A stretch of DNA of 20,000 nt from an uncultured virus (IMG/VR IMGVR_UViG_3300030376_005322) (IMGVR_UViG_3300030376_005322), one strand, 5' to 3'; shown: positions 1 through 6,651, counted from the stretch's first letter. Program-made: numbers and translations. The notes: generated by a model not told the origin, from the sequence alone.

Positions 1-466
1 TCACATCGCCTCCGGCAACGCTTTCTTCTAAGTTGCGTAAATAAGTTCTGATCTTGTATATGTCGTGGCGATGCCATGCCGCCGAAACATGTATTTGTTG
101 TTGGTTCCCCAATTTTTCCATTTCGTCATACGGCAATTCTGCCAACCAATCCAAGAACTCTATGGTCCGGGTGAGGTCATTATCTTTGCGGTCTACTTTT
201 TCCTCGCGGACTTCCGGCATAGGTTTTAGAGAGAAGAGTATTTCATCGTCGCCGTCTTTTTCCCAATCACCGTTTTCGCTAACGATCATGTAAACATCAA
301 CATGTTTATTCTCGCTCCGGGCCTTATAGACTTTGTAGGCCTCACGGATTGCAGTATCCGAGAAAGCATAAGAGCGTTGAAACTCGCCATCTACCCACAT
401 TGTGTACCTATGATCTCCGGTCGAATGAGGTGGCTTATGTTCTCTGTAGTCTTTCCAACTAGTCAT
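1..466 (-). CDS. Hypothetical phage protein, 3' end runs off the window (MTSWKDYREHKPPHSTGDHRYTMWVDGEFQ...)
   Basis: Translated by hand: ATG at 466 overlaps the end of the upstream ORF and the frame is open to the window edge. Absent from the ORF track because it has no stop. Confidence 0.8.
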   Translation of the reverse strand, partial: MTSWKDYREHKPPHSTGDHRYTMWVDGEFQRSYAFSDTAIREAYKVYKARSENKHVDVYMIVSENGDWEKDGDDEILFSLKPMPEVREEKVDRKDNDLTRTIEFLDWLAELPYDEMEKLGNQQQIHVSAAWHRHDIYKIRTYLRNLEESVAGGDV

Positions 467-578
467 TGCTTTCTTCTTCCTTAATAGAGAAATGGCTCAT
501 GATATTGTCAAATGCTTCGAGCAAGTTTTTAGCGTGGGCCATCTCTGGGTTTTCGGTATTTTCTGTTTCTTTATCCAT
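459..578 (-). CDS. Small hypothetical protein (39 aa, MDKETENTENPEMAHAK...), leaderless
   Basis: Hand translation. ATG lies 7 nt after the TATCCT -10 box, and the ORF overlaps the next gene start. Confidence 0.7.
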   Translation of the reverse strand: MDKETENTENPEMAHAKNLLEAFDNIMSHFSIKEEESND

Positions 579-585
579 ACCTTTC

Positions 586-649
586 AGGATAAGGGGTAAA
601 TCTGGGAATTACTCATTATTCCTTGAATTGTTTTGTGACCCATGTCACA
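586..649 (-). promoter_or_regulatory. Cassette promoter 1: TGTGA-N6-TCACA box (634-649), core GAGTAATTCCCAGATTTACCCC, -10 TATCCT (586-591)
   Basis: Core is near-identical at ~1030-1052 and ~2655-2677. The palindrome matches the CRP/GlxR consensus. Confidence 0.85.
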
Positions 650-719
650 CGCCCTCCGGTCAATAGAATGACAGCGGGCTCCCGGTTACCCGGGCTTGCA
701 GTAACTTAATGCAGCAAGC

Positions 720-740
720 GTGTGAATCTTGCGTGTGAAT
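720..740 (+). repeat. Two GTGTGAAT direct repeats (720, 733) at the end of an operon
   Basis: Seen directly. The second copy overlaps the TGA stop at 740-742. Confidence 0.85.
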
Positions 741-871
741 CATTGTAAAGATTTCAACACGTTAATTTCAGACTGCCAATCATCTCCGTACTGCTCATTC
801 TCTTCTAAGAAGTTTATGATCGTAGCCAGCACCCGGCTGTTGTATTGTTTATCTGTTTCTTGATAAGTCAT
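740..871 (-). CDS. Small hypothetical protein (43 aa, MTYQETDKQYNSRVLATIINF...)
   Basis: Hand translation, with an AAGGAAG RBS upstream of the ATG. Confidence 0.7.
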   Translation of the reverse strand: MTYQETDKQYNSRVLATIINFLEENEQYGDDWQSEINVLKSLQ

Positions 872-878
872 GGCTTCC

Positions 879-1016
879 TTATATCTTCTCTAGGATCGCG
901 GCGACCTTTTTTAAGGTCTCTAAATCCATATTGTTAATAGCATCTTCGTTGATGAGTTTTGGGCTCCTCCACATGTCTGCTAATTCTTCTGATGGGTCTT
1001 TCTCTGTGTTTGTCAT
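879..1016 (-). CDS. Small hypothetical protein (45 aa, MTNTEKDPSEELADMWRSPK...), leaderless
   Basis: Hand translation. ATG lies 7 nt after the TATCAT -10 box. Confidence 0.7.
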   Translation of the reverse strand: MTNTEKDPSEELADMWRSPKLINEDAINNMDLETLKKVAAILEKI

Positions 1017-1023
1017 ATATTTA

Positions 1024-1073
1024 ATGATAGAGGGTAAATCTGGGAATTACTCTATAATGTGACAGGAGTCACA
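1024..1073 (-). promoter_or_regulatory. Cassette promoter 2: TGTGA-N6-TCACA box (1058-1073), conserved core, -10 TATCAT (1024-1029)
   Basis: Same core as promoters 1 and 3. The palindrome overlaps the stop of the upstream gene. Confidence 0.85.
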
Positions 1074-1386
1074 CATTTATTACCCTTAAGTGCATTCTCC
1101 CATCGTTAGTGATCTGCCCGGTAGGCAAAGCCTCTACCCGAACAACTTCCGCTCTAGGGAAATATTTATCCCGATAAGTCTCAGCCGCCTTCCGGTAACG
1201 CCAGACCGAAGCCGTAGCCATATCCGGGCTGGCATAGAACCGTTCGTGGACGCTGTAATATCTTCCGGTATGTAGTGGTAGGTCCGAGTCGCGTAACGCA
1301 TACATTGAGTGGACAGACTTCTTGTTCCACCCGTGAATCATCTCTATAGGGCCGCGCAGAACATACCCGGTTGGGTGCTTGCTCAT
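1069..1386 (-). CDS. Hypothetical protein (105 aa)
   Basis: ORF track. Co-oriented and tightly packed, with GAGGAGG upstream. Confidence 0.7.
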   Translation of the reverse strand: MSKHPTGYVLRGPIEMIHGWNKKSVHSMYALRDSDLPLHTGRYYSVHERFYASPDMATASVWRYRKAAETYRDKYFPRAEVVRVEALPTGQITNDGRMHLRVINV

Positions 1387-1388
1387 AT

Positions 1389-1532
1389 TTAAGCCTCCTC
1401 AACATATACTTCTTGAAGTTTCCCCATCGGGACTATTTCAGCATCGTTATATGCTTGCTCAGGGTCTCCGGCTTCGATGGTGTATACCATTTGTCCGTAT
1501 TCGTGTACAAATGAAACGTTGTATAAGGTCAT
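1389..1532 (-). CDS. Small acidic protein (47 aa, MTLYNVSFVHEYGQMVYTIEAGDPEQA...), DpnD/PcfM-like pattern
   Basis: Start re-called at the ATGA overlap with the upstream stop. Y-x-V-x-F...EA-x3-E-x-A pattern. Confidence 0.65.
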   Translation of the reverse strand: MTLYNVSFVHEYGQMVYTIEAGDPEQAYNDAEIVPMGKLQEVYVEEA

Positions 1533-2272
1533 GCGTGCACCCCATTCTGTATGTCGTGAATAGTTACTTTCTTCAAACTTTCTAAAGAAATCTCCCATTC
1601 AGGAACAAGACGTTTGGTGTCTCCGCACATCGCTTCAACAACACTTTCACAATTCTCGTAGAACACTCCCCACGCTATTTCTCGTTGATTATCAGTGAGT
1701 GTGTCGCCACGTTCCGGCATCTGGTCAATAAGGTTTTCAGTCTCATCAACTATCTGAACACCGTTATCCCATACGCCGTGATAGCGCCATTCAGGTGCTT
1801 CCATAATTGACAGCACAGTTATGCGGCAACGATATCGTCTAGAAATAGTTTCTAGAGCCTTCTCCGGTGGGCACCACGCACTTGTAAAAGCGTAAGCGTG
1901 AACGAATAGTTCATCAGCGACAGAGCGAACTTTATTTATATCCAATTCGCCATAGTCGGTACTGAACCCTGCGGTACTGTCAATTTTGCGGAAATCGTAG
2001 TCTCCCCACTTGGAACCCCAATTCAGATCAGCCCATAGGCGACCGTCAATAGTCCCGGCTTCATCATCTTGGTCAGTGAACGCACTGCCGATAACTTCCC
2101 CATCTATAACGATGTCTTTACGACCATTTTCAGGGAAGGGAATCAAATGACTAATAAAAGAGTCAATTTCTCCGGCGGCGGTATCTTCCAACACAAGATT
2201 TAGAATCTTCCGTTGGGCAGGTGGTGTGTCTGTGAAATCCACAAACATTTTGTTAAATACGTGATTAGGCAT
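1529..2272 (-). CDS. DUF1281/YubB-like ferredoxin-fold protein
   Basis: Family motifs MPNH..N, W...NWGSKW and FTSAWCPP. Confidence 0.75.
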   Translation of the reverse strand: MPNHVFNKMFVDFTDTPPAQRKILNLVLEDTAAGEIDSFISHLIPFPENGRKDIVIDGEVIGSAFTDQDDEAGTIDGRLWADLNWGSKWGDYDFRKIDSTAGFSTDYGELDINKVRSVADELFVHAYAFTSAWCPPEKALETISRRYRCRITVLSIMEAPEWRYHGVWDNGVQIVDETENLIDQMPERGDTLTDNQREIAWGVFYENCESVVEAMCGDTKRLVPEWEISLESLKKVTIHDIQNGVHA

Positions 2273-2292
2273 TTTTTAATCTTTCTTGTAAG

Positions 2293-2341
2293 GGTAACCC
2301 TTAACCGAGTCCCCGAAGGGACCCGGTTGGGTGGGTTTACC
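2293..2341 (-). other. Long intergenic RNA hairpin capped by a C(UUCG)G tetraloop
   Basis: Minus strand reads GGTAAACCC..AACCGGGTCCC TTCG GGGACTCGGTT..GGGTTACC, with no U tail. Confidence 0.7.
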
Positions 2342-2344
2342 GAA

Positions 2345-2605
2345 TTAGTAAACTGATATTGTGGTTTCTGCTTCTAAAGTGATAGTTCCACTAGCGAGAG
2401 ATTCTTTAATTTGATCTGTAATCAAATCAGAGAAATCGAACTCGTCTATTTCAGCGCTGACGTAATCAGAGAAATCTACATCTCCAATAGCGTTTTCAAC
2501 AGCAGTTTCAATAGTTCCCTGCATATCTTCGTCTACTTCAGTAGAGGGCAGATAAGGAACTAATGCTTCTGCTAATGCTTTAAGCAATTTTTCTATTGTG
2601 TCCAT
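2345..2605 (-). CDS. Highly acidic hypothetical protein (86 aa)
   Basis: ORF track, AGGAAG RBS, first gene after promoter 3. Confidence 0.8.
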   Translation of the reverse strand: MDTIEKLLKALAEALVPYLPSTEVDEDMQGTIETAVENAIGDVDFSDYVSAEIDEFDFSDLITDQIKESLASGTITLEAETTISVY

Positions 2606-2648
2606 TATTTCTTCCTAACTATATTTCGGTGGTATATCCACATATATT

Positions 2649-2712
2649 ACGATAGGGGGTAAATCTGGGAATTACTCAAAAAAGACGTGTTTGTTTTGTG
2701 ACGTGTGTCACA
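2649..2712 (-). promoter_or_regulatory. Cassette promoter 3: TGTGA-N6-TCACA box (2697-2712), conserved core, -10 TATCGT (2649-2654)
   Basis: Same core, and the same 42-nt box-to--10 spacing as promoter 1. Confidence 0.85.
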
Positions 2713-2750
2713 TGCTAAAACAGCGCCTCCTCCGGTCTTCCCGGGCTACT

Positions 2751-2803
2751 GAAAAAAGAAAATACCGCCCGGGGAGCGAAAGAAGTAACAACCCGGGCGG
2801 TAT
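2751..2803 (-). terminator. Rho-independent terminator
   Basis: 12-bp inverted repeat ATACCGCCCGGG/CCCGGGCGGTAT followed on the minus strand by TTTCTTTTTT. Confidence 0.7.
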
Positions 2804-2807
2804 AGGA

Positions 2808-2862
2808 AATCTGGGAATGCAAATCTGGGATTGCAGCCACGTGTGAATTTTAGCGTGTGAAT
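2808..2862 (+). repeat. AATCTGGGAATGCAAATCTGGGA block plus two GTGTGAAT copies
   Basis: The 23-nt block is identical at 4098-4120. GTGTGAAT at 2841 and 2855 flank the stop codon at 2850-2852. Confidence 0.85.
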
Positions 2863-3044
2863 TCCTCCGGATAGTGTATTTTAGTGATCCGGTTACATTC
2901 TTCTGCCCAGAACTTTGCTTTTTTTATGTCCTCTAATGTGATGTCATCTTCGTCATTCACATAGTTTTCCATATTGTGAGCCTGTGTTTCGTAGAGTAAA
3001 TCCAACGCTTCGATTACGATGTCTTTAGGGGTGAAGTCGCTCAT
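2850..3044 (-). CDS. Hypothetical protein (64 aa)
   Basis: ORF track, ATGA coupling. Confidence 0.75.
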   Translation of the reverse strand: MSDFTPKDIVIEALDLLYETQAHNMENYVNDEDDITLEDIKKAKFWAEECNRITKIHYPEEFTR

Positions 3045-3505
3045 TTCTCCCCCAGTCCTTCGGGAAAGTTTTTCTCTAGGTATGTCCGAAAGAATCTTAA
3101 GTCTCGTAAAATGGAATGAAGTCCTTCGTCGTACTGCTCGTGTTCTTCATTAGACATCTCTAATAGGTTCTTTGAATAAGGCTTTAAGCATTCCAAGAAC
3201 CTTATGGCTTTACCGACACTTTCTGACCAGCAGCCTCTGTCCGGTGACGGTGTATCCCAGTCAATGTCGAACTTGTCGATATTTCCTAAGTGGACATAGA
3301 TGTCTGCTGGTACTCCGGCACCTACATGGTCGCCTTCTTCTACCACGGTAATCAAAAGCCCATGATCGTCATGCCCTTCCTTGACCCCAATTACTTTTGC
3401 GCGAAGCCAAGGCATGGCTACCGTGTCTCCGAATGTTCGGGCTCCTCCCCAGTAATTGAATTCAGTTCCGACAGTTGTTAATTTGTCTAATTCTGATTGG
3501 CTCAT
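3041..3505 (-). CDS. Hypothetical protein (154 aa)
   Basis: ORF track, ATGA coupling, GAGGA RBS. Confidence 0.8.
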   Translation of the reverse strand: MSQSELDKLTTVGTEFNYWGGARTFGDTVAMPWLRAKVIGVKEGHDDHGLLITVVEEGDHVGAGVPADIYVHLGNIDKFDIDWDTPSPDRGCWSESVGKAIRFLECLKPYSKNLLEMSNEEHEQYDEGLHSILRDLRFFRTYLEKNFPEGLGEK

Positions 3506-3699
3506 TGTTCCTCAACTCCTACTATTGTGCCGTCCGCCGCTGGGTCCTCAACGTATGCTGGTTCCCAGTTCCCGGTGTTCCGTAATGTGTTCCAGTTCGC
3601 TTCGTCATCAACGAACTTTTGCATTGCTTCCTGTTCACTGTCGGCATCAACCATGACAGCGAACTCTGCTTCTGCAGTGAATGTAACTTGGTATTCCAT
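3502..3699 (-). CDS. Small acidic protein, DpnD/PcfM-like pattern
   Basis: MEYQVTF...VDADSEQEAMQK pattern, TAATG coupling. Confidence 0.7.
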   Translation of the reverse strand: MEYQVTFTAEAEFAVMVDADSEQEAMQKFVDDEANWNTLRNTGNWEPAYVEDPAADGTIVGVEEQ

Positions 3700-3935
3700 T
3701 ATTGCCCTTTCTTAACGTTGAACCGTGCGAGAGTTTCCTCATCAAGGTGTGGTGCGATTACGTCCATGAACCATAGGTAACGGTCAATATCTTTGATGCC
3801 AGTCAAAAATTCTGTGACTGCTTCCTTGCGGTCTTTACGAGCCGCTTCGATTACTTGTTGTTCAAACATTGCTAAAATGTTTTTATAACCCTCATCACTT
3901 GGGGTCATATCTACTGTCATTACTTCTTCGCTCAT
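3699..3935 (-). CDS. Hypothetical protein (78 aa)
   Basis: ORF track, first gene after promoter 4. Confidence 0.75.
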   Translation of the reverse strand: MSEEVMTVDMTPSDEGYKNILAMFEQQVIEAARKDRKEAVTEFLTGIKDIDRYLWFMDVIAPHLDEETLARFNVKKGQ

Positions 3936-3980
3936 TGTTTTCTTTCTGTCAATAAATGTTGTGGAACTTCCACATATCTA

Positions 3981-4044
3981 ATGGTACACCTTTGGTTGAC
4001 TTTTACCTCATTATTTAAGGGTTAATTTTGTGACGCATGTCACA
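3981..4044 (-). promoter_or_regulatory. Cassette promoter 4: TGTGA-N6-TCACA box (4029-4044) and -10 TACCAT (3981-3986), with a divergent core
   Basis: Box-to--10 spacing is again 42 nt although the intervening sequence differs. Confidence 0.75.
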
Positions 4045-4097
4045 TGCCCGTCCGGTCCCTTCCGGGCTAACCAATCCACACCGCCCGGTCCCTCCCG

Positions 4098-4165
4098 AAT
4101 CTGGGAATGCAAATCTGGGAGTACACCGGCGTGTGAATCTGGGCGTGTGAATTTCACGTGTGAAT
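4098..4165 (+). repeat. AATCTGGGA pair plus three GTGTGAAT copies (4131, 4145, 4158)
   Basis: Seen directly. The last copy overlaps the TAA stop at 4165-4167. Confidence 0.85.
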
Positions 4166-4335
4166 TACCAGTCTCTAACCTCGTCTGTAGTGATTTCCAC
4201 CAAAGGTCCAGCCTCTGCTAAAAGATCAGGGATATGAACAGTTTCGGCATAATGCTCTGCCTCGTCTCTGTCCATTTCAACAGTTGTGATTAGTATGACA
4301 TTTTCGTAAACAAACGAAATATTATATTTTCCCAT
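4165..4335 (-). CDS. Small acidic protein (56 aa, MGKYNISFVYENVILITTVEMDRDEA...)
   Basis: Hand translation, TAATG coupling. N-terminus resembles that of 1389-1532. Confidence 0.7.
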   Translation of the reverse strand: MGKYNISFVYENVILITTVEMDRDEAEHYAETVHIPDLLAEAGPLVEITTDEVRDW

Positions 4336-4481
4336 TAGATTATCTCATGCCTTCCGTTCTCGTTCTTCTCGGTGAACTTATCTGCACAACAAACATCTCC
4401 ACCTGTGCTATCAAAGAACATGCCTTCATGTTCGTAAATCCGATCCCCACACCAGTCGCATTCTCCGCCTGAATCGCTCAT
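4335..4481 (-). CDS. Small Cys-containing protein (48 aa, MSDSGGECDWCGDRIY...VCCAD), possible zinc ribbon
   Basis: Hand translation, ATGA coupling, CxxC...CC motif. Confidence 0.65.
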   Translation of the reverse strand: MSDSGGECDWCGDRIYEHEGMFFDSTGGDVCCADKFTEKNENGRHEII

Positions 4482-4906
4482 TGGTTTATGTACCATTCAT
4501 CTACGAAGTGCTCCGCTATTTCACGCCATTGAACTCGCCAGAAGGAACCGATGTCGTCACGAACGTCTGAAAAACCGTAGCCCTTACCTTGGACGATTTC
4601 CGACAGTTGGCAATAATCACCAACAAAGAATTCTTCTAACGCACCAGCAACGTCGTTATGTAAAATATTCCAGCCTGCATTAGTTATCGCAGTAGAGCCA
4701 AATGCTTCGCCTTCGTCAGGGTCCTCGCTATTCCAATGACCAGCCATTTCAAAAACATGGTCAAATATGCCCAGTTCTTTAACCTGTAATTCGCCAGCCC
4801 AAAGGTTTACTGCCCATGTCTCGCGATTAGTCCAGCCGTTGTAATCTTCAAAACCCTCGTGACTTCTCCAATCTATGCGCCGCATTACTTCCTGCTTTTC
4901 TTTCAT
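4478..4906 (-). CDS. Conserved phage hypothetical protein with a YNGWTNRETWAVNLW motif
   Basis: Start re-called to the ATG at 4906 (GGAGGTGA RBS, ATGA overlap). The motif is typical of a widespread phage family of unknown function. Confidence 0.8.
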   Translation of the reverse strand: MKEKQEVMRRIDWRSHEGFEDYNGWTNRETWAVNLWAGELQVKELGIFDHVFEMAGHWNSEDPDEGEAFGSTAITNAGWNILHNDVAGALEEFFVGDYCQLSEIVQGKGYGFSDVRDDIGSFWRVQWREIAEHFVDEWYINQ

Positions 4907-5157
4907 TGCGTCACCTCCACGCCAATAATACGCATGCTGTGTATCTCCATATTGAAACGAGTGAGAGAGTCCCAGCATTCATTGGGCATCGCATACGATC
5001 CTTCGGATAGTTGTGACCATGCCACCGCTCGGGCTTGTAACTCGTTTTGAATTTCGTGACTGAAAGAATCTAATTCGACTTCCACAGTTAGCGCTTCGTT
5101 TAGTAATATTTTGACAAAATAGTTTGTCACTGTTTTCTGTTTTACTACCATTACCAT
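4903..5157 (-). CDS. Hypothetical protein (84 aa)
   Basis: ORF track, TAAGGA upstream, first gene after promoter 5. Confidence 0.7.
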   Translation of the reverse strand: MVMVVKQKTVTNYFVKILLNEALTVEVELDSFSHEIQNELQARAVAWSQLSEGSYAMPNECWDSLTRFNMEIHSMRIIGVEVTQ

Positions 5158-5187
5158 TCCTTAATGTTGTAAATATGTACACCATCT

Positions 5188-5231
5188 ATGGTAGGGGGTA
5201 AATCTGTAATTGACAAGTGACATGTGTCACA
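5188..5231 (-). promoter_or_regulatory. Cassette promoter 5: AGTGA-N6-TCACA box (5216-5231), CAGATTTACCCCC core, -10 TACCAT (5188-5193)
   Basis: Core partly conserved. Box-to--10 spacing is 22 nt. Confidence 0.8.
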
Positions 5232-5280
5232 CCCAAACAAGCGCCCTCCCGGGTCACCTCCCGGCCTTACCCGGTCTCGA

Positions 5281-5508
5281 AATCTGGGGATACAGCGCCC
5301 GGTGTCAATCTACGTGTGAATCTTGCCCGGTGCGGTTACGCAAGTGTGAATTTTGCCCGGTGTGAATCTGGGAATACAGAATCGGGGATACTTTCATGTG
5401 TGAATTTTCATGTGTGAATCTGGGCACACAAACCCACGTGTGAATCCATGTGTGAATCCCCACCCGCATCAGGGAGATGCAGGCAGGAACCCAACCACAT
5501 GTGTGAAT
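5281..5508 (+). repeat. Dense non-coding cluster of oriented GTGTGAAT (8 copies) and AATCTGGG repeats
   Basis: GTGTGAAT at 5314, 5344, 5360, 5398, 5412, 5438, 5450 and 5501. AATCTGGG at 5281, 5365 and 5417. Confidence 0.9.
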
Positions 5509-5718
5509 TTAATCGACGAGAGAAGCGGAACCTCTAGTTCCAGCCAAACGAGAAGCCGCAGCACCCTTCACTACAGAAAGGGCAGCAGACACGCCAGCCA
5601 TAACAATCATCTTCCACTGATCAACACCAAGGTCCATGACACTATTAGTTGACATAGCGCCAATAGCCGCTTGGCAAAAAGTCGCCAACGTCCTCTCAGC
5701 GAGGTCTTTATAATTCAT
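5509..5718 (-). CDS. Holin, r1t-like family
   Basis: LAERTLATFCQA..., two hydrophobic segments, C-terminal SASLVD, AGGAG RBS. Confidence 0.8.
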   Translation of the reverse strand: MNYKDLAERTLATFCQAAIGAMSTNSVMDLGVDQWKMIVMAGVSAALSVVKGAAASRLAGTRGSASLVD

Positions 5719-5771
5719 TACTACTCCTAACTAAAAAAAAACAATCCACGCCAGCAGGGGCGCATTTCGCC

Positions 5772-5884
5772 TTTTTTGTTGTTTTTGGTTTGTTGTTTGT
5801 TTGTTTCTGGGGGTTTGGGGGTTTGTGGTTAGTTTTTCTATACTATTGGTCGTGTGTTGGTTTACTTGTTGGGGTGTGTGTTTT
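5772..5884 (+). other. G/T-skewed low-complexity non-coding tract
   Basis: The plus strand is almost entirely G and T (ttgtttttggtttgttgtttg...). Confidence 0.8.
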
Positions 5885-6104
5885 ACAGGCTTTCTGCCAA
5901 AGTTATCGCTGCAGCAATGATGGCTGTCAGCAACGACGCTGGTACTGCGTAAATCCATTTCTCTACAGTACGTACCCTTTGTTCAAGGTCTGTTATTTGA
6001 CGATGCTGATTTAACGTTAGATCATCTATTTTCTGTTCAATAGATTCAAGTCTTTCCGCTAACACCGCCAACGCAACATCGACGCTTTGCTGACTATTAG
6101 CCAT
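5883..6104 (-). CDS. Coiled-coil protein with a C-terminal TM helix (XhlA-like membrane protein)
   Basis: Heptad pattern followed by WIYAVPASLLTAIIAAAITL. Start re-called to MANSQQ. Confidence 0.65.
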   Translation of the reverse strand: MANSQQSVDVALAVLAERLESIEQKIDDLTLNQHRQITDLEQRVRTVEKWIYAVPASLLTAIIAAAITLAESL

Positions 6105-6651
6105 CTTCAGGTTCACAGTCACAAGCATCTACAGGGCATACACACCCAATGTGACATTGACACAACTCTACTTCTTCGGATACTTCGACATCTTCAGCAT
6201 CTACTACTTCCTCTACTATTGGTGTTACTTCCTCTATAGGGATTTCAGAAGGTTGCTCTTGAGGAGACGCCTGCGGCGGGCTTACGCTTGGCCACTTAGC
6301 GCCTGAAGATAACCCCATACTTGCCTCAAATTTTGCTTTCGAGTCATCAGCCCAGCAGCGTAAATAAAACATGTAAGGAGCGAACTCCTCAGAAGCGTGG
6401 GCTGTCGGATACTGAATGCCTTGACCGCATCTAGCGGCTAAGCAGCCATCTTCGACGAGGCTTGCTATTAGTTCACGGATAGCGTCTGCTTGTTTCCGTG
6501 ACATCACACCTTTAGGTGTTTCGACTTGAACATTCAAAACGTTCCCTACCGGGTTCACTTTTGGTTCGTTTACTTTTCCACTGGCCTTAACTACCCAAGC
6601 ATTTTTAGCGGGGGAGACAGGACCAATCCATATTTCGTTTGGTGTAGTCAT
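6097..6651 (-). CDS. Hypothetical protein with an acidic, Cys-rich C-terminal tail; leaderless
   Basis: ORF track. TAAACT -10 lies 6 nt before the ATG. Confidence 0.75.
   Translation of the reverse strand: MTTPNEIWIGPVSPAKNAWVVKASGKVNEPKVNPVGNVLNVQVETPKGVMSRKQADAIRELIASLVEDGCLAARCGQGIQYPTAHASEEFAPYMFYLRCWADDSKAKFEASMGLSSGAKWPSVSPPQASPQEQPSEIPIEEVTPIVEEVVDAEDVEVSEEVELCQCHIGCVCPVDACDCEPEDG

Noticed and set aside
586..5231. Integron attC cassette array
   Set aside because: No integrase in the window, no consistent GTTRRRY/RYYYAAC-bounded long inverted repeats noticed, and the cassettes carry their own promoters.
5240..5510. CRISPR array
   Set aside because: The repeats are 8-mers at irregular 12-51 bp spacing, with no 25-40 bp repeat/spacer periodicity and no cas genes.
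5217..5652. Plus-strand ORFs with repeated CVN/CES peptides
   Set aside because: These are translations of the GTGTGAAT repeats. They have no RBS, and one is antisense to the holin.
5809..5875. G-quadruplex
   Set aside because: Only three runs of three or more G, with the third far away, which is insufficient for a canonical intramolecular G4.
5731..6014. ORFs 5731-5958(-) and 5790-6014(+)
   Set aside because: Artefacts of the G/T low-complexity tract, with biased composition and overlap with a better gene.
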